64,000 nucleotides of DNA from Eledone cirrhosa (Eukaryota): the NCBI GenBank assembly GCA_964016885.1, contig OZ024766.1, forward strand, positions 11,036,001 to 11,100,000. The letters are read 5' to 3'. Below, piece by piece: positions 49,551-61,674 of this stretch (within the stretch, counting starts at the first letter, position 1; every line of letters starts with the position of its first letter). A model generated the notes under the pieces. The model had not been told where the DNA came from. It saw only the letters and a list, made by a program, of their open reading frames with translations, and searched no databases. Position numbers and translations under genes: made by a program.

Positions 49551-49559
49551 TGCATTTTA

Positions 49560-50290
49560 GAAGACCACGAAAAAGATGGGCAGGAAATGGCAGTTGAAGG
49601 AAAACGTGGTAGAGGTAGACCATGAAAAACATGGGTGGAGGTGGTGAGAGCTGACCTCAGATTGCTGAAGCTCATGGAGGAGATGACGAAGGACCGTGAC
49701 AAGTGGAGGGATGCTGTGCTGAATAGGACCCGTCCCACCCTTGCAAGCAGGGAAACTCCCAGTGGAAGGAAGACTCAGTAGAGGCAGACCATGAAAAACA
49801 TGGGCGGAGGTGGTGAGAGCTGATCTCAGATTGCTGAAGCTCATGGAGGAGATGACGAAGGACCGTGACAAGTGGAGGGATGCTGTGCTGAATAGGACCC
49901 GTCCCACCCTTGCAAGCAGGGAAACTCCCAGTGGAAGGAAGACTCAGTAGAGGCAGACCACGAAAAACATGGGTGGAGGTGGTGAGAGCTGACCTCAGAT
50001 TGCTGAAGCTCATGGAGGAGATGACGAAGGACCGTGACAAGTGGAGAGATGCTGTGCTGAATAGGACCCGTCCCACCCTTGCAAGCAGGGAAACTCCCAG
50101 TGGAAGGAAGACTCAGTAGAGGCAGACCACGAAAAACATGGGTGGAGGTGGTGAGAGCTGATCTCAGATTGCTGAAGCTCATGGAGGAGATGACGAAGGA
50201 CCGTGACAAGTGGAGAGATGCTGTGCTGAATAGGACCAGTCCCACCCTTGCAAGCAGGGAGAAGTGGACGTAAAATGATGATGATGATGT
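49560..50290 (+). repeat. About four tandem 169-bp copies of the RTE LINE 3' end
   Basis: aggaccgtgacaag recurs every 169 nt; the last copy ends in the (ATG)n tail. Confidence 0.85.
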
Positions 50291-50299
50291 CCTCCCACA

Positions 50300-51650
50300 C
50301 ACACGTACACTCCCCTATGCACATATACACTCTTCCTAAGGACATATACACGCCCCTCCCACATACACACACACATACACTCCCTCTATGCACACACACA
50401 CACATACACTCCCACTATGCACACACACACACATACACTCCCTCTATGCACACACACACACATACACTCCCTCTATGCACACACACACACATACACTCCC
50501 TCTATGCACACACACACACACACATACATCTCCACAAACACACACACTCCCTTATACATCCACACAGACACATACATCTCCACAAACACACAAACACAGA
50601 CACTCCCTTATACATCCACACAGACACATATACACCCCCCCCCACACACACACATACACTCTTCCTATAGACACATACATCTCCACAAACACACAAACAC
50701 ATACACTGCCCTATACATCCACACACACACACATACTCTTCCTATAGACACATACATCTCCACAAACACACAAACACATACACTGCCCTATACATCCACA
50801 CACTCCCTTATACATCCACACAGACACATATACACCCACACACACACACATACACTCTTCCTATAGACACATACATCTCCACAAACACACAAACACATAC
50901 ACTGCCCTATACAGACACACAGACACATATACACCCCCCACACACACATACACTCTTCCTATAGACACATACATCTCCACAAACACATACACTGCCCTAT
51001 ACAACCACACAGACACACACACTGCCCTATACATCCACACAAACACACACATACATCTCCACAAACACACAAACACATACACTGCCCTATACATCCACAC
51101 AAACACACACATACATCTCCACAAACACACAAACAGATACACTGCCCTATACATCCACACAAACACACACATACATCTCCACAAACACACAAACACATAC
51201 ACTGCCCTATACATCCACACAAACACACACATACATCTCCACAAATACACAAACACATACACTGCCCTATACATCCACACAAACACACACATACATCTCC
51301 ACAAACACACAAACAGATACACTGCCCTATACATCCACACAAACACACACATACATCTCCACAAACACACAAACAGATACACTGCCCTATACATCCACAC
51401 AAACACACACATACATCTCCACAAACACACAAACACATACACTGCCCTATACATCCACACAAACACACACATACATCTCCACAAACACACAAACACACAC
51501 ACTGCCCTATACATCCACACAAACACACACATACATCTCCACAAACACACAAACAGATACACTGCCCTATACATCCACACAAACACACACATACATCTCC
51601 ACAAACACACAAACACATACACTGCCCTATACATCCACACAAACACACAC
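50300..51650. repeat. CA-rich minisatellite with a homogeneous 60-bp block (51000-51650)
   Basis: acaaacacacaaacacatacactgccctatacatccacacaaacacacacatacatctcc. Confidence 0.9.
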
Positions 51651-51670
51651 AGACACACAGAAACACTTAC

Positions 51671-51813
51671 CATTGTTCGGCAGCATAGTCAATCGCTTCT
51701 TCCAAGAGACCAAACTTGGACAACAGCTTCACGGCAGAGTCACCCCCGAGGTTTCTTGCCCAAAGAAAAGCCACCTGCTTCGACATAAGTTCCCCGCAGT
51801 GACTCTTGGCTAT
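51671..51813 (-). CDS. IFT172: IFT172 exon (first in window): IAKSHCGELMSKQVAFLWARNLGGDSAVKLLSKFGLLEEAIDYAAEQ(C)
   Basis: CAG acceptor and GTAAGT donor; 143 nt ending in phase 2. Peptide matches remembered IFT172 '[35 protein letters not shown]'. Confidence 0.92.
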
Positions 51814-51873
51814 CTGTGGACAGAGAGGGAGATTATATATATGTATGAATATATATATATGTGTGTGTGTGTG

Positions 51874-51926
<53 letters not shown>

Positions 51927-51932
<6 letters not shown>

Positions 51933-52606
51933 TAATATGTATGTGATGAAACACAGATACCAACACATCTGTATATATATTGCGAAAGAAAAATTTTGCC
52001 AGATTGAAGTACACTAATTATTATACTACAGTTTGTCCATATCGATTTAAAATAATAAATCAACGGAGACGAACTGTATTGGCAAAAGGCCGTGATGTTT
52101 AGACACATTTAAATTTCAAAATCAAACCTGTTCCGTAGATAAGTTTAGACTTTAAGATCCAAATATGTTTCGAGTTAAATAAGTGTAGGAATATCATGTC
52201 CCGCTCTCCTCAGTAAACATCCAGAGACAAATTGATATGCTTCACTTCTAAATAATTTAAAAGACTGCGTGGCAAATTATTTAGAAGTGAAGCATATCAA
52301 TTTGTCTCTGGATGTTTACTGAGGAGAGCGGGACATGATATTCCTACACTTATTTAACTCGAAACATATTTGGATCTTAAAGTCTAAACTTATCTACGGA
52401 ACAGGTTTGATTTTGAAATTTAAATGTGTCTAAACATCACGGCCTTTTGCCAATACAGTTCGTCTCCGTTGATTTATTATTTTAAATCGATATGGACAAA
52501 CTGTAGAATAATAATTAGTATACTTCAATCTGGCTAAATTTTTCTTTCACAATATATATACAGATGTGTTGGTATCTGTGTTTCATCACATACATATTAA
52601 TTTATA
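51927..52606. repeat. ~680-bp near-perfect foldback carrying a hammerhead in each arm, tail to ~52673
   Basis: Arms are reverse complements around a short loop near 52259-52273; (TA)n flanks. Confidence 0.9.
52311..52438 (+). ncRNA. Type I hammerhead ribozyme motif with long helix III (mirror copy 52094-52221, minus)
   Basis: Helix I GATGTTTA/TAAACATC, core CTGAGGA, helix II GAG/CTC, GAAA, helix III CATATTT/AAATGTG, GTC cleavage triplet (cut after 52430). Confidence 0.8.
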
Positions 52607-52763
52607 CACTGCTCAGGGGATATATTTTTCCTCATTCGAGCTGATTCCATTGTAAAAGAATTCATTACCTTATTAATATATATATATATATATTAGATCC
52701 ATGCTAGTTGGCGGATAGAAATATATTTTATCGTTCCTGGGTCTTCAGCCCTAGGAAAGGAAA

Positions 52764-52846
52764 ATGCTTCTCTGAAGAGCTTTGATTTTCCATTAGAAAT
52801 CCATTGGATTTCTGGTGTTTTACAAAGCGAAACCGATCGGTCAGGG
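52764..52846 (+). ncRNA. Type I hammerhead ribozyme motif
   Basis: CTGAAGA, helix II GCTTTG/CAAAGC enclosing a second hairpin, GAAA, palindromic CCGATCGG, TC cleavage, short helix I TTCT/AGGG. Confidence 0.75.
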
Positions 52847-52939
52847 CCAAAAGTATAGGTAAATATTTAAATTATATTTTTTAATTTATTATAAAAAATT
52901 GATTGAATTTTGCTTGTTCTGCTTATCTTAATATATATA

Positions 52940-53318
52940 TATCATCATCATCATCATTTTACGTCCGCTTTTCCCTGCTTGCAAGGGTGGGACAGGTCTT
53001 ATTCAGCACAGCATCTCTCCACTTGTCACGGTCCCTCGTCATTTCCACCGTGAGCTTCAGCGATCTGAGGTCTGTTCTCACCACCTCCGCCCATGTTTTT
53101 CGTGGTCTACCTCTACCACGTCTTCCTTCAACTGGCATTTCCTGGCACTTCTTCACCCATCGGTCATCCTCCATGCGCATCACATGTCCATACCACCTCA
53201 GTCTCCTCTCCCATACACTACATTCTATCCCTCTCAGACACAGTTTCTCTCTCAACACATTTATGCTGGGTCGTTCACGCACATTTACACTGCACATCCA
53301 ACGGAGCATGCTTGCCTC
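52940..53318 (-). mobile_element. RTE-like LINE 3' fragment
   Basis: EASMLRWMC...RGRPRKTW peptide and the same 3' tail. Confidence 0.85.
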
Positions 53319-53500
53319 ATATACACACACACACACACATTTTTCTTTCTCTGTAACCCAACGGCTTATTTTAAAAATAAAAATATCCAATACTAATAAT
53401 AATATAAGTAAACAACTCCACTATCCGGGAGCTTCCAACAGAAATGGTTGCATTCTTTAAGGGTATGTCAATATTTATTTATAAAACTGATCTATATTAT

Positions 53501-53563
53501 ATTTTGTCTGATGAAAGCACACCATAATTTAACTTGGTGTCCTTGAAATATGTATAATGAAAT
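53501..53563 (+). ncRNA. Type I hammerhead motif, same family as 16068
   Basis: ATTTTGT/ATGAAAT helix I, CTGATGA, AAG-ACACCA/TGGTGT-CTT helix II, GAAA TATGTA TA. The downstream ~45 nt match the 16128+ flank. Confidence 0.72.
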
Positions 53564-53604
53564 AAATATGGTTTTATAAATATAGTTTCCATTTGTTAAT
53601 ATCG

Positions 53605-53649
<45 letters not shown>

Positions 53650-53656
53650 ATGTATG

Positions 53657-53689
<33 letters not shown>

Positions 53690-53720
53690 ATATATATGTA
53701 TATATATATTTGTGTGTATG

Positions 53721-53751
<31 letters not shown>

Positions 53752-53757
53752 ATATAT

Positions 53758-54097
53758 GGAGGCACATGGCTTAGTGGTTAGAGCATTGGCCTTGCAATCG
53801 AAAGGTTGTGAGTTCAATTCTCAGACCGGGTAATGTGTTGTTTCCTTGAGCAAGACACTTTATTTCACATTGCTCCAGTTTACTCAGCTGTAGAAATGAG
53901 ATGATAGGGACTGGGGTCCCTATCATTCCACTGCAAAGTGTCCGTGGAGGTGCCACGGCAAAAAAGCACCCAGCACTCACTGTAAATGAGGTTGGTGTTA
54001 GGAAGGGCATCCAGCTGTAGAAATCAAGCCAGAATCAGTTCCCGTCCCACCCTTGCAGGCAGGGATAAGCGGATGTAAAATGAAATGAAATGAAATG
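53758..54097 (+). mobile_element. SINE family A copy
   Basis: Near-identical to the other copies. Confidence 0.85.
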
Positions 54098-54609
54098 AGT
54101 ATATATATATTTATATATAACAGCTCTGCCTGATGCTATCATTGTATTGAGTTAAAATACACCTAGGAGGGCCGAAACCGTGAACAAAACGTCTGGAAAG
54201 ACACGCAGACAACATCCTTAACCTCACAGCCACGATGGGGGTGGATGCAAGTTCTAGAAATTTCTGTCAAAATAAAGATTGCATTTGACATAACGATGGG
54301 ATATTTTAATGACAATAATTATAAGGTAATTGGTAAGGAGATGGAATCACTGGAGTCCTCTAATTAGCAGGAATTTGGCATCCCAGAAAAAATCTGCAGG
54401 TGTGGTCTTCGCTGTGATGTTTGCCATGACATACACACACGTGTGTGTATGTGTGTGTGTGTATATATGTATGTGTGTGTGTATATATATATATATGTAT
54501 GTGTGTGAATGCATGTTTGTGAATATTTATATATATCATCATCATCATCATCATCATCATCATCTTCGTTTAACGTCCATTTTCCACGCTAGCATGGGTT
54601 AGACGATAT

Positions 54610-54657
<48 letters not shown>

Positions 54658-54728
54658 ATGTGTGTGTGTGTGTATATATGTATGTGTGTGAATGCGTGTT
54701 TGTGTGTATTTATATATATATGTATATA

Positions 54729-54807
<79 letters not shown>

Positions 54808-55807
54808 TTGTGTGTGTATATATGTATGTATGAGTGTGAATGCAGATTTGTGTGTATCTATATATATATATGTATGTGTGTGTGTATATATATATGTATG
54901 TGTGTGTGTATTTATATATATATATATATGTATGTGTTTGTGTGTATATATATGTATGTATGAGTGTGAATGCATGCTTGTGTGTATCTATATATATATA
55001 TATGTATGTGTGTGTGTATATATATATGTATGTGTGTGTATTTATATATATATATGTATGTATGTGTGTGTGTATATATATATGTGTGTGAATGCGTATT
55101 TGTGTGTATTTATATAAATGTATATGTGTGTGTGTATATATGTATGTGTGTGTGTATGTATATATATATGTATGTATGTATGTATGTATAGATAGGACAA
55201 CACACGCTGTCTCTTCGTGGGGTAAGTTTTTAATTAATTTTTGTATTCTGAAACATCAAAATACAACAATTTGTTGGTTACTGGTCTCGGGAATGTCACG
55301 ACAGAAGTTTTTGTGGAAGTTACACAAATATTTTAGTATATTTTAGCAGAGCAATCCTTATTTATATTTTACATTTACTTACATCTCAATATAACATGGC
55401 TAGAATTCAAATTTTGCTAAGAGAAGAAAACGGTCAAATGAACTAGATACATCTCACTGTCCACACCACCACAATAACGTCTACACTCTCTCCCCACCAT
55501 CACATGTCATTACCATACCATACCCTATCGAGACTAAAGTCATCGACCTGTTGTCAAACTCTCTACTCTCTGATGAATGTATATATATATATGTGTGTGT
55601 ATGTATATGTGTGTATATACATCACTCAGTCAAACAACCAGATTTCAACCCCAACATCTACAACAACAACACCGGCCCTAATGTTTACAGCAACAACAGC
55701 TTCAGAATGAACTGAAATGAACATTTACAACAATTACAACAACAACAACAACAGCGGCATCAAAACATAAAAAAAGGAAGGGAAAAGAAAAAAGAAAAGG
55801 GAAGGGG

Positions 55808-55838
<31 letters not shown>

Positions 55839-56351
55839 AGAAAAAAAAGAAAGGAAAAAAAAAAAAAAAAACTCAAAATAACAAAACACACACACACACA
55901 CACACACACAACAGAACAACAACATCAACTGCCACCACCACCACCACCGCCACCGCCGTCGCCATCACCATCACCAGCGACCTGGCCTTAAGAACAACTT
56001 TAATAATAATTTTTCTGCGTTTGGCACGGATCCAGCGACTGGCCAGCGCATCACTGGTACTCTCTTTTGTTGACTCCGTGGAGAGCCATAACTCTATGCT
56101 GTAAAGCAATTATAGTAATACTGGACTGTAATACGATCGGCTTCAACTATACAAACTCTTGAAAGTCAACAGTTGACATAATCTGGTAATCTTGTATCAG
56201 TAATGACGGTAATATATATATATATATGTGTGTGTGTGCGTGTAAGTGAGTAGAGTAGCGTGTGTGTGTGTTTGTTGTGTGTGTGAGTGTTGCTGTGTGC
56301 ACGCATATGTATGCGTGTGTGTGTATGTCGTACGTATAAGTGTCAATAAGT

Positions 56352-56384
<33 letters not shown>

Positions 56385-56385
<1 letters not shown>

Positions 56386-56686
56386 GCGGGGACATAGAAA
56401 TAATCGGGCTGGATGCCCGATCGCGCAGTTAAACCACTGGGAGTGAAGAACCCCTAGCCCATGTCAGGGTATTCTTCTAGGAGAAGGCATCTCAGGAAAC
56501 TGGGTTAACTCCGATATAAAACCTGCGGCTCAGTAGTTACCGATGATGTTGATCTTTTCTTCTTTTCGGGTTATAGCTACTGTCGCTCAGAGAGTGGGAT
56601 TGGTTCAGTGCACAGTCTTTCCTCACTTTAAAAATATTCGTCACGCACAGGCATTGCACGAGTGCATTAATAATTATTAATAGTGT

Positions 56687-56721
<35 letters not shown>

Positions 56722-56730
56722 TATTATTAT

Positions 56731-56771
<41 letters not shown>

Positions 56772-59700
56772 CCCAATTCAATGATGTTCCAGAACAATGT
56801 AAACGAGATAATTGCCAATTTGGGTTCTGGAACAAAAAAGATCATTGGCAATAAGGGCAGGGGCCCCAAGTTATCACAACCTGGGCCCGCCCGTCATCGT
56901 GCCATTGTAATAGAGCCAAACAGGGCATTTAGTCTTGGCTGCTGGAACGTACGGACGCTGCTTGACAGGGATTCTTTGGAGCGTCCTGAACGAAGGACCG
57001 CTCTTGTTGCGAAGGAGCTTCGACGTTACGATCTTGACATCGTGGCTTTGTCTGAGACGAGGTTAGCTGGAGATGGTCATCTTACGGAATTTTGTGGAGA
57101 ATATACATTCTTCTGGAAAGGAAGAGATGAAGGAACCAGAAGAGAGGCTGGGGTAGGATTTGCTGTTAAGACTGTACTGGTGAATAAATTGGAAGAATTC
57201 CCAGTGGGGATTAGTGAGCGTCTTATGTCCATGAGAGTTCCGCTGGACAAGGGAAGATATGCTACCCTGGTGAGTGTGTATGCTCCAACTATGAATTCTG
57301 TCGATGAAGAAAAACTGTCCTTTTACCATGCCTTGAAAGGTGTTTTAAGAAATATCCCTCAGGCAGACAAAGTCATCGTGCTTGGTGACTTTAATGCTAG
57401 AGTGGGTAGGGATTTTAACACATGGAATGTAATCGGAAGGCATGGGGTGGGAAAGTGTAACAGCAATGGTATGCTCTTGCTGCAGATGTGTGAGGAGCTG
57501 GATCTGTGTGTTACCAACACCATGTTCCAACAAAAGAACAAATTCAAGACCACATGGATGCATCCTGCATCTAAGGAATGGCATCTTTTGGACTACGTCC
57601 TAGTCAGGATGCGTGACAGACAGGATGTGCGGTGTGTTCGTGTTCTTCGTGGAGCTGAGTGCTGGACGGACCACCGCCTGGTACGCGCAAAAGTGAATCT
57701 AATCACCAAACGTAAAATCCGGGCTCCTGGTGTTACCCTGCCCAAAAGATTGAATGCTGCTCGTCTTAAGGATAAAAATGTGAAGAGGACATTGGAAGAA
57801 GAGATGCAGGCTGCAGATCTTGGTGAGGATTGGCCGACCCTTAAAAAGTCGGTTTATGATGTAGGCAGACGTGTTCTGGGATTGGTGCAGAGAAAACATC
57901 AGGACTGGTTTAATGAGAAAGATGTGCATATAGATGACTTGTTGGCTGATAAGAGGCGCGCTCTGTCACGCTACTTGACGGCAAGACCACAGGAGAGGAA
58001 TACGTTGCATGAGGAGCTCAGGGATGTAAAATCACGTGTTAGGCGGAGTCTTTCTCAGATGAAGGATCAGTGGTGGAGTGAGAAGGCTGGTGAGATACAA
58101 ACTGCGTCTGATTGCAATAACACAAAGCTGTTGTACAGTCTCTTGCGTGAGGTTTATGGACCGTCTTCTTCTCTGGTGACACCGATTCGCAGCAGGGATG
58201 GCAAAGAACTTCTTCGTGACTCACAGGGAATTCTACGAAGGTGGCGGGAGCACTTTGATGATCTTTTGAATCAGCCGTCTGTCGTCAGTGAAGATTTCCT
58301 CAATCTCATTCCGGAAAGTCCTGTGAAAGTAGCTCTCGCAGAGCCTCCGACACTTGTGGAGGTTGCAGTGGCTATTTCGAAGCTGAACAGTGGAAGATCT
58401 CCAGGTATGGATGGCATACATGCTGAGCTCCTACAATATGGTGGTGAGAGACTCCTGCAACATCTTCACTCTCTGTTTGGAAGGATATGGGCTAATGAAT
58501 CCGTGCCTGAGGACTGGAGAGATGCAGTAATGGTGGTCTTGTACAAGGGAAAGGGTAACAGGAATGATTGTGGGAACTACAGAGGTATATCATTGCTTTC
58601 TGTCGTGGGGAAAGTTTTATGTAGGGTGCTTCTGGACCGTCTGCTGACACACATTGCAGATTGTGTCCTTCCTGAAAGTCAATCTGGTTTTCGTGTTGGA
58701 CGCGGCACTACTGATATGATCTTCTCAGCTAGACAGCTCCAGGAGAAGTGCATTGAACAGGGCTTGGATCTGTATCAGGTTTTTGTCGATCTGACAAAGG
58801 CTTTCGATACTGTCAACAGAGATGCATTATGGAAGGTTCTCCAGAAACTTGGTTGCCCTGATAAGTTCCTTGCTTTAGTTAGGTCTTTCCATGACGACAT
58901 GAAGGCTTGGGTTAATGTCGGAGGTAACATGTCGGAGCCTATCTCAGTAAAAAATGGAGTGAAACAGGGGGATATTCCAGCACCGACCCTGTTTGCCATA
59001 TACTTTGCAATGGTTTTCTGTATTGCATTCAGGAATTGCGAGCATGGTGTTTACATCCGATATCGAACCTCAGGCAGCATATTTAACATCAGGCGCTTTG
59101 CTGCGAAGACAAAAGTATTTACATCAGTCATAAGAGACCTCTTGTATGCAGATGATTGCGATCTTGTAGCGCACACAGAGAGTGATATGCAGCACATTTT
59201 GAATGTATTTTCTGACGCTTGCACTGCCCTGGGTTTGACTGTCAGTCTCAAGAAAACCGTCGTCATGTACCAACCTGCACCTGGTAGGCAGTACACTGAA
59301 CCAAACATCTATGTGTATGGCAAACGACTTGGAGTGGTTGATCAGTTTGTCTACCTGGGAAGCACTGTCAATCGATACGGCAACCTTGACAGTGAAATCT
59401 CACTTAGGATTAGGAAAGCAAGTGATGCTTTCGGAAAGCTAGAAAGGCGACTCTGGGGTCGGCGAGACATATGCAGGAGGACAAAGGTAAAGGTGTACAG
59501 GGCATGTGTACTCTCTTGTCTTCTTTATGCCTGCGAGACCTGGGTCACATATCGACGCCACCTTAAGCAATTGGAGCGTTTCCATCAGATGTGTCTCAGA
59601 CGGATACATGGCGTTCGCTGGAGGGACCACATCAGTGATGTCGAGATTTTGGAAAGCTCTATGTGTGACAGTATAGAAGCTCTTGTGCTTAAGCAGCGAC

Positions 59701-60334
59701 TCCGTTGGAGTGGTCACCTTGCCAGGATGAAGGATTCTAGAATACCAAAACAACTCTTCTATGGAGAGTTGGTTAAAGGAAAACGACCGCCACATAAACC
59801 AAAAAAGAGGTATAAGGATTCCTTGAAGGCCTCTCTGAAAGACGCTAACATCTCTGCTGATACATGGGAAAATATTGCTGCTGATCGTAATAAATGGAGA
59901 AAGACTGTATATGAGGGAAAAGTTGCCTTTGAGGCATCTCGAATCGCACACGAGAAAGTAAAGCGGGACGTGAGGAAGGGTATTGCTGTTGCACTTCCAG
60001 ACGGCGAGGGTCCTCCTATGTTTCTGACATGCAGCGTCTGTGCGAGACTCTGCCTAAGCAAAGCTGGACTCGAAAGTCATCTTCGCAGTCATAAAGTAAG
60101 ACCAGTGGTTGACTACCAGGCTGCTGTTGGAGATGCTACTCATCATGCTTGCCAAACATGTGGTAGAGAATGTAAATCAGCAGGAGGACTCAAGCGACAT
60201 GCAAAAGTACACGAACTCCAACCACAGCCGACTATTCCCAGTAAATGTTTTGGTTGCCGACTCTGTGCAAGACATTTTGGATCATTGGCTGGGCTAAAAA
60301 GCCACATTCGATCGCAGCACTGTTAGTTGCTATC

Positions 60335-60374
<40 letters not shown>

Positions 60375-60453
60375 GCTTATGTGCGTGCGTGTGTGTGTAT
60401 ATATATATGAATATGTATATTATTATTGTTGTTGTCGTTATTATTATTATTGC

Positions 60454-60551
<98 letters not shown>

Positions 60552-60589
60552 TGCAATGGCCATACTCGATAACGAGGGGGCAGCCATCA
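56385..60589 (+). mobile_element. Apparently full-length RTE-clade LINE, antisense to IFT172
   Basis: RTE-like 5'UTR (ggagaagg...ctccgatataaaacc), one long ORF, and a 3' stem-loop 'atactcgataacgagg...gccatcat' followed by (ATGT)n. Boundaries approximate. Confidence 0.85.
56781..60326 (+). CDS. RTE LINE polyprotein: APE endonuclease, RT, three C-terminal C2H2 zinc fingers
   Basis: WNVRTL, ALSETR, GDFNARVG, LDYV, TDH (APE); YRGISLL, GVKQGD, LYADD (RT); CSVC..HLRSH, CQTC..HAKVH, CRLC..HIRSQH. Confidence 0.95.
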   Translation: MMFQNNVNEIIANLGSGTKKIIGNKGRGPKLSQPGPARHRAIVIEPNRAFSLGCWNVRTLLDRDSLERPERRTALVAKELRRYDLDIVALSETRLAGDGHLTEFCGEYTFFWKGRDEGTRREAGVGFAVKTVLVNKLEEFPVGISERLMSMRVPLDKGRYATLVSVYAPTMNSVDEEKLSFYHALKGVLRNIPQADKVIVLGDFNARVGRDFNTWNVIGRHGVGKCNSNGMLLLQMCEELDLCVTNTMFQQKNKFKTTWMHPASKEWHLLDYVLVRMRDRQDVRCVRVLRGAECWTDHRLVRAKVNLITKRKIRAPGVTLPKRLNAARLKDKNVKRTLEEEMQAADLGEDWPTLKKSVYDVGRRVLGLVQRKHQDWFNEKDVHIDDLLADKRRALSRYLTARPQERNTLHEELRDVKSRVRRSLSQMKDQWWSEKAGEIQTASDCNNTKLLYSLLREVYGPSSSLVTPIRSRDGKELLRDSQGILRRWREHFDDLLNQPSVVSEDFLNLIPESPVKVALAEPPTLVEVAVAISKLNSGRSPGMDGIHAELLQYGGERLLQHLHSLFGRIWANESVPEDWRDAVMVVLYKGKGNRNDCGNYRGISLLSVVGKVLCRVLLDRLLTHIADCVLPESQSGFRVGRGTTDMIFSARQLQEKCIEQGLDLYQVFVDLTKAFDTVNRDALWKVLQKLGCPDKFLALVRSFHDDMKAWVNVGGNMSEPISVKNGVKQGDIPAPTLFAIYFAMVFCIAFRNCEHGVYIRYRTSGSIFNIRRFAAKTKVFTSVIRDLLYADDCDLVAHTESDMQHILNVFSDACTALGLTVSLKKTVVMYQPAPGRQYTEPNIYVYGKRLGVVDQFVYLGSTVNRYGNLDSEISLRIRKASDAFGKLERRLWGRRDICRRTKVKVYRACVLSCLLYACETWVTYRRHLKQLERFHQMCLRRIHGVRWRDHISDVEILESSMCDSIEALVLKQRLRWSGHLARMKDSRIPKQLFYGELVKGKRPPHKPKKRYKDSLKASLKDANISADTWENIAADRNKWRKTVYEGKVAFEASRIAHEKVKRDVRKGIAVALPDGEGPPMFLTCSVCARLCLSKAGLESHLRSHKVRPVVDYQAAVGDATHHACQTCGRECKSAGGLKRHAKVHELQPQPTIPSKCFGCRLCARHFGSLAGLKSHIRSQHC

Positions 60590-60695
60590 TGTATGTATGT
60601 ATGTATGTATGTATGTGTGTGTGTGTGTATATATATATGTGTGTGAATGCGTGTTTGTGTGTATTTATATAAATGTATATGTGTGTGTATATATA

Positions 60696-60726
<31 letters not shown>

Positions 60727-60886
60727 CTATATATCATCATCACATGTATATATGTATGTAGGTATCTATATATATATATATATATACATATATATAAAAC
60801 ATCAAACGTTTATGGGAAGACAACTGTTAAATGTTATAAATATCTTGCAAGCAGGGAAAAGCGGACGTATCATGATGATGATGATG

Positions 60887-60925
<39 letters not shown>

Positions 60926-60926
60926 T

Positions 60927-60990
<64 letters not shown>

Positions 60991-61082
60991 TTATACATAT
61001 ATTTATTCTTCAATGTACTGTGTCATTTGCTTTGTTATTTTTTCTGTTTACCTTTTACATACCTATATACATACACACAATT

Positions 61083-61131
<49 letters not shown>

Positions 61132-61546
61132 TATATATAGATATAGATATATATATATATATACACATATATATATATATATAGATATAGATATATATAT
61201 ACACATATATATATATATAGATATATACACACATATATATATATAGATATATATATACATATATATAGATATAGATATATACATATATATATATATATAT
61301 ACATACACTCATATATATATATATATATATATACATATATATATACATATATATATATATTTATACATATACATATATATATATGTCTGTATAAATTTGT
61401 GTTTATGTACAATTTATATATATATTCATAAAAGTTTTATATAACACAAAAATACATTATATACATACATACACACACATATATATATATATATATGTGT
61501 ATGTATGTATGTATATAATGTATTTTTGTGTTATATAAAACTTTTA

Positions 61547-61607
<61 letters not shown>

Positions 61608-61674
61608 GTGTGTGTGTATGTGTCTTTTGATGTAGATAAAAGCAGTTATATAAAATAAGTCAGTGAGTACATTT

